Source: an uncultured bacterium (GTDB taxonomy: Bacteria > Zixibacteria > MSB-5A5 > CAIYYT01). From it: a stretch of 64,000 bases of DNA. Positions 37,542 to 47,318 of the stretch are shown in pieces (the stretch's first letter is position 1; every line of letters starts with the position of its first letter). The notes beneath the pieces are model-generated. The model saw nothing but the letters and a program-made list of their open reading frames with translations, was not told the DNA's origin and did not search any database. Location of the stretch: NCBI GenBank assembly GCA_963726455.1, contig CAVSCK010000005.1, positions 224,001-288,000 on the forward strand. The letters are read 5' to 3'. The position numbers and the translations under genes were made by a program.

Positions 37542-37559
37542 TTGTGAATCCTTTCACAA
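37542..37559. promoter_or_regulatory. Rex operator (autoregulatory)
   Basis: TTGTGAATCCTTTCACAA matches TTGTGAA-N4-TTCACAA perfectly; 40 nt upstream of rex and just downstream of a minus-strand TTGACA (37581-37586). Confidence 0.9.
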
Positions 37560-37681
37560 CAAATAGGACATTTTCACTTCTGTCAAGCCCTATTTTGTTT
37601 GTACGGCTTAACATGCCCTCTATTAGAGAGATTTTTCACAATGCGCAAGACACCCCTGACTGTCAAAGTCGGTGTCAGAGC

Positions 37682-38578
37682 TCAGGGTTTGGCGTGGTGT
37701 CTTTCCGGTGAATGTCCCAGTTCGGTCATGCGCACCAACCATTTCCACTGTGACTCAACATGACTCTGGATTCGACGTATAGTCGTGCTGCTGAGCGAGG
37801 AGAATCGTCCCTGGCGCAAGATGAATTTCGTGACTGGGGTAAAGGTTTCCGGAGTGATGTTGATCGTATATTTCGAGCCGTTTTCGATCTCGTAGAGCGG
37901 GAAGATTCGGCTCTGGACAGCGGCCCGCGTAATTTCCACGGAAAGCTCCGAGGGCATTTCCCAGTGAGTCGGACAGGGCGAAAGGAGCTGCAGGAATCTG
38001 AAGCCGGTGTAAGACAACGCCTTCTTTACTTTGACAGAAAGATCATCGGGATAGGCAACACAAGCGGTGGCGCAATAAGGGATGTAGTGGGCCGCCATGA
38101 TCTGCATGATGTTCTTCTGCGGATGGTAGTTTTGGCGTTGAGGCGCAGGTGTGTTATCTGACAAGTCTGCGGACAGAAAATCGATCTTGGCATAAGGTTC
38201 GTTGTTGTAGCAGACATAGAGAATGTCATCGTTGCGCTCGGCGACCGATGATACGGCGTGAATTCCTGAGTCAAAGGCGCCGGTACCACCCGCCCAGGCC
38301 AGCACACGGACATTGTGTCTTCCTTTGGCCTCAAGGGCGGCACGAATTCCGGCGGCTGCCGCAGCCGTAGTTTCCATCGCAACGTGCAGAATCGGAATTT
38401 TGACTGCCGAATGCGGCCATTGGCCGTCCACGTAGGAGGCACAACACGACGGCACCACCATAATGGTATTCTCGCCGATCGCCTCTAAGACCAGGCGCAG
38501 GCCTAGTGCCTCGCCGCAACCCGGGCAGCCAAGATGGCCGGACTCCATCGGACACTGCGATTCATCGACGCGAGTCAC
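37682..38578 (-). CDS. 2-oxoacid:ferredoxin oxidoreductase beta-like subunit (PorB family) with degenerate TPP motif
   Basis: GHLGCPGCG, LSPCPTHW; GDG is replaced by GTG and NEAYMNTG by NEPYAKID. Confidence 0.85.
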   Translation of the reverse strand: MTRVDESQCPMESGHLGCPGCGEALGLRLVLEAIGENTIMVVPSCCASYVDGQWPHSAVKIPILHVAMETTAAAAAGIRAALEAKGRHNVRVLAWAGGTGAFDSGIHAVSSVAERNDDILYVCYNNEPYAKIDFLSADLSDNTPAPQRQNYHPQKNIMQIMAAHYIPYCATACVAYPDDLSVKVKKALSYTGFRFLQLLSPCPTHWEMPSELSVEITRAAVQSRIFPLYEIENGSKYTINITPETFTPVTKFILRQGRFSSLSSTTIRRIQSHVESQWKWLVRMTELGHSPERHHAKP

Positions 38579-39756
38579 AACCGCACTCCCTCCCAGTATT
38601 GAGTTCCCGGCACATGTTTGCCGTCCGGGTATTTCAACGCGATTTCCCTTATCATCGCCGGCGTAATATCACGTCCACCCAGGCCGAGAGTGATATCGTA
38701 GAGACGAGTTACAGCGGCGGACGAATACAACGCGGCCTTCGTTTCCTGTCCGAGAATTCCACCGGCGCCGAAACTGATATTACGGTCCAGCACAATATAA
38801 CAGCAGGCGGGATTCAGCAATTGTAGCAACTGTTCGACCGGAAACGGGCGAAACATCCGCAGGCGAATCAAACCGACTTTGTGCCCTTCACTCCGCATCT
38901 CTCTCACGGTATGCCTGACAGTTTCCGCCATCGTCGCGTAAGTGATGAACACGACCTCGGCATCGGCAACTTCGTAAGTTTCCAGGCAGGAATACTTGCG
39001 GCCAAAGATTGCGGCAAACTGGCGAAATGTCTCGCCGGCAACCCTCTTGGTTTCGTCCATCGCTTGTTGAATCTTGTACCGGAATTCCAGATAGTAGTCG
39101 GGCGAGGTCAAATTGCCGATTGATCGCGGCCGCTTGGGATCGAGTTGCCACTCGGTTTCAAACGGCGGCAGGAAACTGTCCACTTGATTCGGTTCCGGCA
39201 GCATTACGGGCTCAATAGTCCGCGAAAGGTAGAAACCATCGAGGTTAACCAGTACCGGCAATTGCACAAGTTCGCCGAGCTTGTATGCAATGAGAATCAT
39301 GTCGTGCGCTTCCTGGCTGGTTGACGCGTAAAACTGAATCCAGCCGGTATCGCGCTGGGAAAAACTGTCGTTGTGATCGACCCAGATCGACCAGGGCGCT
39401 CCGAGCGCGCGGTTGACATTGGCAACCACAATAGGAAAACGGTCACCGGCAGCCCAGTGAAGCATTTCGTGCATCAGCGCCAGTCCCTGTGATGACGTCG
39501 CGGTGAAGGTACGGGCGCCTGTGGCAGACGCGCCAATCAGCGTCGACAAGGCGGAATGAGCGGCCTCGACCTTAACCATACGCGCGCGCAAGGAACCGTC
39601 GGCGCTGAAGTCGCAGAGGTGATCCATGATAGTCGAGGGCGGGACGGTCGGATAGACGACAACGACATCGGGTTGGGCGGCTTTGACTGCGTGCGCCACC
39701 GCCTGCGAACCTGAGAGCAAAGCGCCCTGCCCGGATATAGTTACTCTCGGCCTCAA
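38575..39756 (-). CDS. 2-oxoacid:ferredoxin oxidoreductase alpha-like subunit (PorA family) with degenerate catalytic motifs
   Basis: TATSSQGL.LMHE, NRALGAP, QRDTGWIQ, DGF.LS, FRPFP, GLGGRD; YPITP is replaced by YPTVP and ESEH by EAAH. Confidence 0.85.
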   Translation of the reverse strand: MRPRVTISGQGALLSGSQAVAHAVKAAQPDVVVVYPTVPPSTIMDHLCDFSADGSLRARMVKVEAAHSALSTLIGASATGARTFTATSSQGLALMHEMLHWAAGDRFPIVVANVNRALGAPWSIWVDHNDSFSQRDTGWIQFYASTSQEAHDMILIAYKLGELVQLPVLVNLDGFYLSRTIEPVMLPEPNQVDSFLPPFETEWQLDPKRPRSIGNLTSPDYYLEFRYKIQQAMDETKRVAGETFRQFAAIFGRKYSCLETYEVADAEVVFITYATMAETVRHTVREMRSEGHKVGLIRLRMFRPFPVEQLLQLLNPACCYIVLDRNISFGAGGILGQETKAALYSSAAVTRLYDITLGLGGRDITPAMIREIALKYPDGKHVPGTQYWEGVRL

Positions 39757-41432
39757 CGTGGCACCTGTCGCAGTCTAAGGTGAATGGCGTCGCGCGGACA
39801 TTCATGGATACAGATTCCGCAACCTTTGCAGTAATCGTAATCAATCGCGTACTCGTCGTTCGTACGGCTCACGGCATGTTCGGGACAGAACGTCAGGCAA
39901 TTGTCGCAGTGATCGCAGACACCGCAGGAGAAACAGCGCGCCGCTTCGCGCATCACTTCCGGTTCCGAAAGTCCGAGGTGAATCTCGGCGAAAGTGGTCG
40001 TCCGACGGTTGACAGGAATACGCTTCCACTCCACGACCTGCGATCTCGGGAAGTACGCAATATTGATGTCGGACGGCCGCGTCACAATCTGCGGCTTCGC
40101 TTCGACGAAGATATTCATGCCGCGCAGGTATCTATCAATGGCATTTGCAGCGGACATGCCTGAACCGATCGCACTGCCCACGCCCTTGTGTCCATCGGAG
40201 CAGTCACCGGCAGCAAAGATGTTCTTAATGCTGGTCTGATGTGTACCGCCGGTGTTGAGGCCCCAGCTTTGACACTCGATGTCCTTGGGCAAAAAAGATA
40301 AATCGGGATCTTCGCCGAGCGCGACCAGAACAAGGGACACGTTCTGTTCGAATTGAGAGCCGTGGATTGAGACTGTGACGCGCTGGCCAGAAGAATCTTT
40401 CTTGCCGAACATCAGTCGCTGCAAAGTAATTTGCAGATTATCGCCTGCTTTGCGGATCACAACCGGCGCTGTGAGCAAGTGGATTTCAATGTCTTCCTGG
40501 CGTGCCTCTTCTATCAGGTCTGCGAAAGCCGGCATCTCGGCAAGCGAACGGCGGAAATAGACAACCGGCTTGCCGCCCAGTCGTAGTACTGTGCGCGCGC
40601 AGGTAATAGCTGTGTTGTTGCCGCCGACAATTGCGACCTCGCCGGGGACATGATCCCGATGCCCCTTGCTGACATCCGATAGGAAGGTTAGTCCTTGTTG
40701 TACCTGCGGAAGCTCTGCTCCGGGGATTTCCAGGTCGCGTGGTTTGTCGGCGCCCGTGGTAATCAATATGGCACGAAATCGCGAGAGGTCTTCGAGCAGC
40801 ATATCCGTGCCGATCTTTGTCCCGACACAAACTTCAATTCCTCGGTCGATGAGGGAATGGATTTCGGCATCGAGAATTTTGCGAGGTAGTGTGTATTCTG
40901 CGATTCCGGCGCGCATCATTCCGCCCAGTTTGGTCTGCGACTCGAACAGCGTAACACGATAACCCAGATTTGTCAGACGCCACGCCGCCGAGAGCCCAGC
41001 CGGCCCGCCACCCACGACTGCCACTTCGCCGAGCTGAGGATCAAATTCTGCCGGCTGGGTCTTGACATTCTTCAATCCCCAGTCGCCGATGAAGCGTTCA
41101 AGACAACGGATCGAGATAGCGTCATCCAGCTCGCGGCGGTTGCAGTTGGCTTCACAGGGGTGATTGCAGACTCGGCCGCAGATCGCCGGAAGTGGATTAG
41201 TCTGGCGGATCGCGTCGTACGCCTCGCGGAACTTCTTGTCGTCTATGAGCGAAATGAACCTCTGAACATCCCCCCCTGCCGAACAGGCATGGTTACAGGG
41301 CGACAAGTGGTCTTCATGTATCGGATCAAAATAGCGCCAATGTCCGGTCAGATTCCATCCCATCCAACCCTGACTTATTGGCAGAGGCGGCATGACTTTC
41401 GCGGAGGTCAATGTATTCTTCTTGCCACTCAT
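39753..41432 (-). CDS. GltD/NfnB-like Fe-S flavoprotein fused to a PorD-like 2x[4Fe-4S] domain
   Basis: SPCNHAC, CGRVCNHPCE..CNR, GGGPAGLSAA, IFAAGD, EAARCFSCG.C..CDNC...CP, YCKGCGIC..ECP. Confidence 0.88.
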   Translation of the reverse strand: MSGKKNTLTSAKVMPPLPISQGWMGWNLTGHWRYFDPIHEDHLSPCNHACSAGGDVQRFISLIDDKKFREAYDAIRQTNPLPAICGRVCNHPCEANCNRRELDDAISIRCLERFIGDWGLKNVKTQPAEFDPQLGEVAVVGGGPAGLSAAWRLTNLGYRVTLFESQTKLGGMMRAGIAEYTLPRKILDAEIHSLIDRGIEVCVGTKIGTDMLLEDLSRFRAILITTGADKPRDLEIPGAELPQVQQGLTFLSDVSKGHRDHVPGEVAIVGGNNTAITCARTVLRLGGKPVVYFRRSLAEMPAFADLIEEARQEDIEIHLLTAPVVIRKAGDNLQITLQRLMFGKKDSSGQRVTVSIHGSQFEQNVSLVLVALGEDPDLSFLPKDIECQSWGLNTGGTHQTSIKNIFAAGDCSDGHKGVGSAIGSGMSAANAIDRYLRGMNIFVEAKPQIVTRPSDINIAYFPRSQVVEWKRIPVNRRTTTFAEIHLGLSEPEVMREAARCFSCGVCDHCDNCLTFCPEHAVSRTNDEYAIDYDYCKGCGICIHECPRDAIHLRLRQVPR

Positions 41433-41986
41433 TTTGCGCTCCAGATGGCGTGCTCGTAGGCATCGCGAATTGCCGATTGGACCTCCGGAATTTTGTCGGT
41501 TGCATATTCGCCTGCCGACTGTTGGATCTGTGCCAGCGACACTTGATCGAACGCCCTGGCCAACGCCCCAAGTATCGCGAAATTGACATGCGGCAGCAGT
41601 CGTGTACCGAGCCGATGATTAAATGCAATCTGGGCAGCATCGACTGCGGCGATCCTGAAGCTTTCGCGGTACTCGGCCAGAACGGTTTGAGAACCGGTAT
41701 TGACTACCAGCAACCCGTCAGGCGCCAATCTTGAAGTTGCATCTGCGGCTGACAACACGGCGGGATCGAGAAGTATAATGATGTCGGCCTGGTCGATTTC
41801 ACACCTCAACCAGACTTCCTGATTGTCGTAGCGAACAAAGGCCTCTGCAGGAGCACCCTTTTTTTCAGGCCGGAATGCAGGAAAAGCTTGAACGTATCTG
41901 CCGTTCTTCCAGAGTGCATGTGCCAGTGTTGCGGCAGAAGCCAGAACCCCTTGTCCTCCTCGACCACAGAAAATCACTTGCCTCAT
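41429..41986 (-). CDS. 2-oxoacid:acceptor oxidoreductase gamma subunit (PorC family)
   Basis: GRGGQG, QAFP.F.PE..GAP, VVNT, N..ILGA. Confidence 0.88.
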   Translation of the reverse strand: MRQVIFCGRGGQGVLASAATLAHALWKNGRYVQAFPAFRPEKKGAPAEAFVRYDNQEVWLRCEIDQADIIILLDPAVLSAADATSRLAPDGLLVVNTGSQTVLAEYRESFRIAAVDAAQIAFNHRLGTRLLPHVNFAILGALARAFDQVSLAQIQQSAGEYATDKIPEVQSAIRDAYEHAIWSAK

Positions 41987-42026
41987 GACGCCTCTCTCTC
42001 AATGTGGCAGCAGGCAATGCCGTTAA

Positions 42027-42077
42027 AGTATAGCGTTGCATCAAAACCTGTCAAGCCAAATGTGAAAAAAATCACAA
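42027..42077 (-). promoter_or_regulatory. Promoter of the por-like operon (TTGACA-N16-TATACT) with adjacent Rex-type box ATGTGAA-AAAA-ATCACAA (42060-42077)
   Basis: Box has two mismatches to the Rex consensus and sits between back-to-back -35 elements (42049-42054 minus; 42087-42092 plus). Confidence 0.72.
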
Positions 42078-42145
42078 ACTCATAACTTGACATCGGCCGA
42101 AAATGACGTTATGCTGAGTTGATTAGTATGCATTCAGGAGGAAAG

Positions 42146-42970
42146 ATGAAACGATTCTTCTACTTAGGGATAATTCTTCTGGGAATAACGGCAATCGCCG
42201 GGTGCTCCAGGAAAGAGGGACAGCAAAGCTCAGCTCAGCTCAAGCCAACGGACCCGACGACAGGTATTCGCGAGGCCGACTTCGTATGGGGCAAGGAAGT
42301 AATTGGAAATGTCACGCTATTCTATCAGCCAACCGATTCGCTGAAACGTATCGCTCCGGCGATGAAAGACCGGGTCTCGAAGGTGTATCAGAGGATCAGC
42401 GATTACCTTCGATATGCGCAGCCGGAGCCGATCGAATTTTATTGCTACCAGGACACGGCCGCATTGATGAAGTACACCGGTAGAGACACGACTTTCTTCC
42501 TGGGGAATCGTTTCTATTACGGCTACGGCCCGTCGTATGGGCGGGAAATGGCAGAGTTCGTCGTCAGTAAGTTGCCGGGCGGACCATCGAGGTTTGCCTT
42601 CGTTCGTGATGGAATCTTATTTCTGCTCGATTTTTCGGGGCGCAATTATCATCACGCTACTAACAACTTCCTGCAGGAAAAGACTCTGTTACCGGCACAG
42701 GTCCTGGTGGACGATGAGCGATACAACAAAGAACAGGGCCTGCAAAAGTCGGTCGAGGCGGCGTCTCTGTGTGCTTACATAATGTATGATTACGGGTATG
42801 ACAAGTTCATGGAAGTATATCACAGCAAGGACGACTTCCCCACCACGTTGAAGAACGTGTTGGGAATTGATATGAACAAGCTGGAGAAAGACTGGGAAGC
42901 GTTTTTGCCGGAACACACGAATGAAAAAGAGATGGAGCGCGAAAAAGCGGCTGCCGAAGGACGTTCGTGA
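42146..42970 (+). CDS. Lipoprotein with peptidase MA-like fold, zinc motif degenerate
   Basis: AGGAGG RBS; lipobox IAG|C; REMAE where HExxH is expected; C-terminal YG.DKF...LG.DM..LEKDW pattern. Confidence 0.65.
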   Translation: MKRFFYLGIILLGITAIAGCSRKEGQQSSAQLKPTDPTTGIREADFVWGKEVIGNVTLFYQPTDSLKRIAPAMKDRVSKVYQRISDYLRYAQPEPIEFYCYQDTAALMKYTGRDTTFFLGNRFYYGYGPSYGREMAEFVVSKLPGGPSRFAFVRDGILFLLDFSGRNYHHATNNFLQEKTLLPAQVLVDDERYNKEQGLQKSVEAASLCAYIMYDYGYDKFMEVYHSKDDFPTTLKNVLGIDMNKLEKDWEAFLPEHTNEKEMEREKAAAEGRS

Positions 42971-43740
42971 CCGAAGACACTGCGTGGCAAAGCGCGATTA
43001 GCGAGGTTGCCAGAAACGTCATTCGCGTACGCGGCTATGATGTCGCCGAACTGATGGAGAAGATCAGTTTCAGCGATACAATCTATCTCTTGCTCAAAGG
43101 CGATCTACCGGACAAGAATTCTTCCGAGTTGTTCCGCGCGATTCTCGTATCGTGCATCGACCACGGCGTTACACCCTTGTCGGTGCTGGCAACACGCACG
43201 GTGATGTCAGCGGGCAATCCGCTGAACGCGGCGGTGGCGGCCGGAGTTCTGGCGATTGGCGATGTGCACGGCGGGGCGATCGAAGCGGCAGCGAAGATCC
43301 TGCAGGAAGTCGCGGGTCAGAAAGGTGAGCCGCAGACACTGGCAGAAGACCTGGTAAAGAATCTTCATGACCAGAAGCGCAAGCTGCCGGGGTTCGGGCA
43401 CCAATTGCATACGGTTGATCCGCGCACGGTAACACTGTTTGAGATGGCGAAGCGGCTGGGGTTCAATGGCAAACATACGGTGCTGATACTGGAAATTGAG
43501 AAGGCGATTCACAAAGTCACGGGAAAGCAATTGCCGATTAATATTGACGGCGCGATTGCCGCGGTGACGTCGGATATGGGATTTGATTGGCGCCTGGGAA
43601 AAGCATTCTTTATTCTCTCACGCATGGCCGGCCTGGTTGCCCACGCTTACGAGGAGCAAGCCACACAGAAACCATTGCGTAAATTGGGCGACACAAATTC
43701 AGTATACACCGGCCCGGGACACAGGACGATCAAACCTTGA
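42967..43740 (+). CDS. Citryl-CoA lyase-like protein (short citrate synthase family)
   Basis: RGYD, DHG, HGGA, PGFGH, DPR, NIDGA, R.AGLVAH; only 257 aa. Confidence 0.85.
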   Translation: MTEDTAWQSAISEVARNVIRVRGYDVAELMEKISFSDTIYLLLKGDLPDKNSSELFRAILVSCIDHGVTPLSVLATRTVMSAGNPLNAAVAAGVLAIGDVHGGAIEAAAKILQEVAGQKGEPQTLAEDLVKNLHDQKRKLPGFGHQLHTVDPRTVTLFEMAKRLGFNGKHTVLILEIEKAIHKVTGKQLPINIDGAIAAVTSDMGFDWRLGKAFFILSRMAGLVAHAYEEQATQKPLRKLGDTNSVYTGPGHRTIKP

Positions 43741-44615
43741 ATTCCAGAATTTCAATTGTCACCGTGACCATGATCCGACTATGGGCGGCCACGCTGCTCG
43801 CGGTCGGAATAATGTTTCTTTGTGCGTGCGGTCCCAAACCCGCGCCGGCCCCGTCAACGCCGCTACCTTCGAAACCGAGCAAACCGTACCCGGCTCCATC
43901 GGAATTGGAAGCGCGGGTATTTTATCACCGAATCAACCTGACCTGGAAGACCAACCGCTCCGACAGCACAATGATATCGGGCTACAACATATATCTCTGG
44001 AATGAAAAGGAAGCGGCCGACACATCATTGGCTTCTTTCAAAAAAGTTAATCTTGAGCCGTACCCGGGTGATATGAATCCCGACATCGCGCGCGAGTCAT
44101 TTGCGTTGGAGGGTCTGGAAAACGGCGTGATCTACCGGGCGTATGTTACCACTCTATTTCCCAACGGCATCGAGTCGGCCCGGAGCAATATTGTCGAGGC
44201 AATTCCAAGGCCGGAGGGCTGGTTCACTCTGCGGGAGTCGTTTAGAGGCGATGAATCGGGATATTCCTTTCGCAAAACCAAGTCAGTGTCGACTGATGAT
44301 CTCAGCAACGACATCTATCTCGCGACGATCAATGGATCGTTGTACGTCGCTTCACCCCGCCGGATCAACGTTGTCTTTCGAGCGACCAAATTCTATGGAA
44401 TGATCATTTACTCTCAACTGGATGATGTAGCGCCGACGACCGTGCCACCCAAGGCCGACAACGCGCTTGAAGTATACAACGGACAAGTGTTCATGTTGCA
44501 GGACCAGGATAGCTGCTACGCGGTACTGAAGTTCGACGCGGTTGACGTCAAGGGCAAGACCGTGCAGATTTCGTATATTTATCAGCCGCGTCCTTCCACA
44601 CTCGTGTTTCATTAG
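43737..44615 (+). CDS. Lipoprotein with FN3-like domain
   Basis: Hydrophobic segment with LCA|C lipobox; Pro-rich linker; LTW...GYNIY...GLENG..Y...ES..SN FN3 pattern. Confidence 0.72.
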   Translation: MNSRISIVTVTMIRLWAATLLAVGIMFLCACGPKPAPAPSTPLPSKPSKPYPAPSELEARVFYHRINLTWKTNRSDSTMISGYNIYLWNEKEAADTSLASFKKVNLEPYPGDMNPDIARESFALEGLENGVIYRAYVTTLFPNGIESARSNIVEAIPRPEGWFTLRESFRGDESGYSFRKTKSVSTDDLSNDIYLATINGSLYVASPRRINVVFRATKFYGMIIYSQLDDVAPTTVPPKADNALEVYNGQVFMLQDQDSCYAVLKFDAVDVKGKTVQISYIYQPRPSTLVFH

Positions 44616-44621
44616 GTCGAA

Positions 44622-47318
44622 ATGGCCAAAACTGAGACGCACCTGCCGGTAATTCTATATTGTGACATTAAGGCGCCGAACCTGCGTGCGCGAATTTTGA
44701 CTGTCGAGAAGCAGCAGCTTGTCCATGACGAACTGCGCGCGGTCGATACGCTGGTAATTCCAGAGGATCCCGAAGCACCAATTAACCGCGCCCGGACGGA
44801 CAAGTTCTTTCTCGATTTGCAGGAGAGCATCGGGTATCAATTCGTCGATCGTGAAATCATTTCTCCGCACAAGGAATGGAAACGGGTCGGCGAATTTCTC
44901 GCGGGATCGCCACTTGTTGATCTGCGGAAATTGCTGACCATCTTCTTCCCCACCCTCAACGCCAGGGAATTGTCGGATTTCAAGAGAGCATTTCTGCTTG
45001 ATGACAAGCTGACACCGCCGCAGACGATGGCGCAGGTCGCACGGATTGCGTTGAGCAAAGCCGGCAGTTTGCCGGGAAGCGCGATCAGAATACTCCGGCA
45101 GATATTTCGCGCCCTGCCGAAACAGTACGCGGTTTGGCTGGATACAATTCCGGCCAAAGGTTCGGTCGAGAATTACCGCTTCAATCCCGAGTGCTTCGTT
45201 GATCTGGACCGTTTCGAGAACCTCACCGCCGGGACGGAGTTGACATCCGAGAAAGTGAGGGAATTGTTCGGCGGTTCCTCGCCGTTGTTGGCGCAATTTC
45301 CCGGTTACGAAATTCGCAAGGGGCAAGCCAGATATGCAGAAACGATTCTGAAAGGAATGGAGCAACAGGATATCGTGCTGGTGGAAGCAGCAACGGGAAC
45401 GGGTAAGTCAATCGGTTATCTGCTGCCGGCGGTAGCGCGGTGCTTTGAGGAAGAGGCGCGAGCCGTAATTGTCACCCGCACCAAGTCTCTTCAAGAGCAG
45501 TTGTTTCGATCAGACCTGCAGAGGATCAAGAACATTATTCCTACCGGCATGAAGATCGCGTTGCTTAAAGGATTGGCGAATTATCTCTGCCTGCTGAAAT
45601 ACAAACATTTTCTTTCCGACCTGACATTGGCTTCGTCGGAGTTGACACCGGAATATATGGCGGCGCTGGTAGTCTGGGAGATCGACACCAAAAGCGGCGA
45701 TCTGACCGAGACGGAAATATTCGATCAGCCCGATTCGGATACGTTATTGGGTAGAATCACGCTCGACGAGGCAACCTGCCTCGGCAAGGAATGCGCCTTC
45801 TTCTCCGACTGTTATGCCTTTCGCGCGAGAAAGAACGCTGCCAAAGCGAGTATCGTGATAACTAATTACGCTTTGCTGTTTTCCGATCTTCTCGCTGATG
45901 GCACAATTTTGGGCAAATTCTCGCACGCCGTATTTGACGAAGCGCATCGGCTTGAAGCCGAAGCAGTGAGCGCTTTTACTGACAGTCTGGGATTGCAGAC
46001 ATTCGCGCGCACCCTGGACAGAATCAGCAGCGACAGATTCACACGTTCGTTGGCGGGAAGTTTCGGCGACAGCGAGGCCGTCGCGAAAATCGCCATCGCG
46101 ATTCGCGACCTCGCGCCGCAACTGGTCGAACCATTGCGAATACAGGCAGCCAAAGCGCTAAAGCTGATACAGTCCTCGGGCAAAGGTGTCGGCGAACGCC
46201 TGCGATTCAAGACCGGCCAGCCGTTGCACGGTTTGGTGTGCCAGATCTGGAAGAACAACGAATTATTGCTATCTGATCTTCGCGAAACTTTGAAGTCGCT
46301 GCAACAATTGTCGGCGCCGACTGATCGCGAAATGGGAGAGTGGGAATCGGTAGTCGATATCAGAAGACAACTCGCTTTGGCGATCCGCAACATTGACCTG
46401 CTGGAATCAATAGCCGGCGCCGTCGACGAGCGCACCGTGATGTGGGGACAAGCATACGATTCGGGTGAAGTAGTAATCACAGCCGCGCCGTTTTCGGTGG
46501 GCGGGCTGTTGGTTCAAAAGCTGTATGCGCGATACAATTCGGTGACTTTGACTTCAGCGACGCTCGATTCCGAGGACGATTTCCAGTGGATTTCGGCACG
46601 GCTGGGTTTGCGGGAGAGTCGGGATTTGGAGCCGGTGAAACTCAAAGTACGCTCACCATTTCCCCTGGCGGAACAGTTGAAGATCGGAGTGGCGCGTTAC
46701 TTGCCGCCACCGGCGGCAGAACAATACACGGCGCGGCTGGGCCAGCTTATTCTTAAGTTGCGTTCCTCCGTGCGACTTCCTACCTTGGTGCTCTGCACTT
46801 CGTATCGAATGATCGACGCGCTGTCAAAGGCGCTTCAAACAGATAAACGGGTGGCGGCAGACTTGCTGATACAAACTCCTGAGAGTGTGCCGCAGATACT
46901 TCTCAATCGCTTTCGCCAGATGCCGAGTCCGCTGTTGATCGGCACTGAGGCGTTCTGGGAAGGAATCGATTTGCCGGGGCGATTGCTGCGACTATTAGTG
47001 ATGACGCGGCTGCCTTTTCCGGTGCCGGACGATCCGCTGGAATTGGCCAAGCAGGAACAGGCGGAAGCGCGCGGCGAAAACGCCTTTATGAACGTGTCGC
47101 TGCCGACGGCGGTGCTGAAATTCCGCCAGGGAATTGGCCGGATGATCAGGAACTCCTCGGACTGGGGAGCGGTTGTAATTACGGATTCGAGAATGGGAAC
47201 GAAGAATTATGGCCGGATATTTTTTGATGCGGCCCCGGCGCCTGTGGAGGCGTACGAGCATGAGAGTCTGCTGGTCAAAGAGATCGCCGGTTGGCTGACT
47301 CAAATGGGAGACAGGTAG
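44622..47318 (+). CDS. dinG: DinG/YoaA-family Fe-S helicase with degenerate N-terminal exonuclease-like region
   Basis: EAATGTGKS, LQEQL, KG..NYLC, DEAH, TSATL, FWEGIDLPG, RLPF, QGIGRMIR. Confidence 0.9.
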   Translation: MAKTETHLPVILYCDIKAPNLRARILTVEKQQLVHDELRAVDTLVIPEDPEAPINRARTDKFFLDLQESIGYQFVDREIISPHKEWKRVGEFLAGSPLVDLRKLLTIFFPTLNARELSDFKRAFLLDDKLTPPQTMAQVARIALSKAGSLPGSAIRILRQIFRALPKQYAVWLDTIPAKGSVENYRFNPECFVDLDRFENLTAGTELTSEKVRELFGGSSPLLAQFPGYEIRKGQARYAETILKGMEQQDIVLVEAATGTGKSIGYLLPAVARCFEEEARAVIVTRTKSLQEQLFRSDLQRIKNIIPTGMKIALLKGLANYLCLLKYKHFLSDLTLASSELTPEYMAALVVWEIDTKSGDLTETEIFDQPDSDTLLGRITLDEATCLGKECAFFSDCYAFRARKNAAKASIVITNYALLFSDLLADGTILGKFSHAVFDEAHRLEAEAVSAFTDSLGLQTFARTLDRISSDRFTRSLAGSFGDSEAVAKIAIAIRDLAPQLVEPLRIQAAKALKLIQSSGKGVGERLRFKTGQPLHGLVCQIWKNNELLLSDLRETLKSLQQLSAPTDREMGEWESVVDIRRQLALAIRNIDLLESIAGAVDERTVMWGQAYDSGEVVITAAPFSVGGLLVQKLYARYNSVTLTSATLDSEDDFQWISARLGLRESRDLEPVKLKVRSPFPLAEQLKIGVARYLPPPAAEQYTARLGQLILKLRSSVRLPTLVLCTSYRMIDALSKALQTDKRVAADLLIQTPESVPQILLNRFRQMPSPLLIGTEAFWEGIDLPGRLLRLLVMTRLPFPVPDDPLELAKQEQAEARGENAFMNVSLPTAVLKFRQGIGRMIRNSSDWGAVVITDSRMGTKNYGRIFFDAAPAPVEAYEHESLLVKEIAGWLTQMGDR

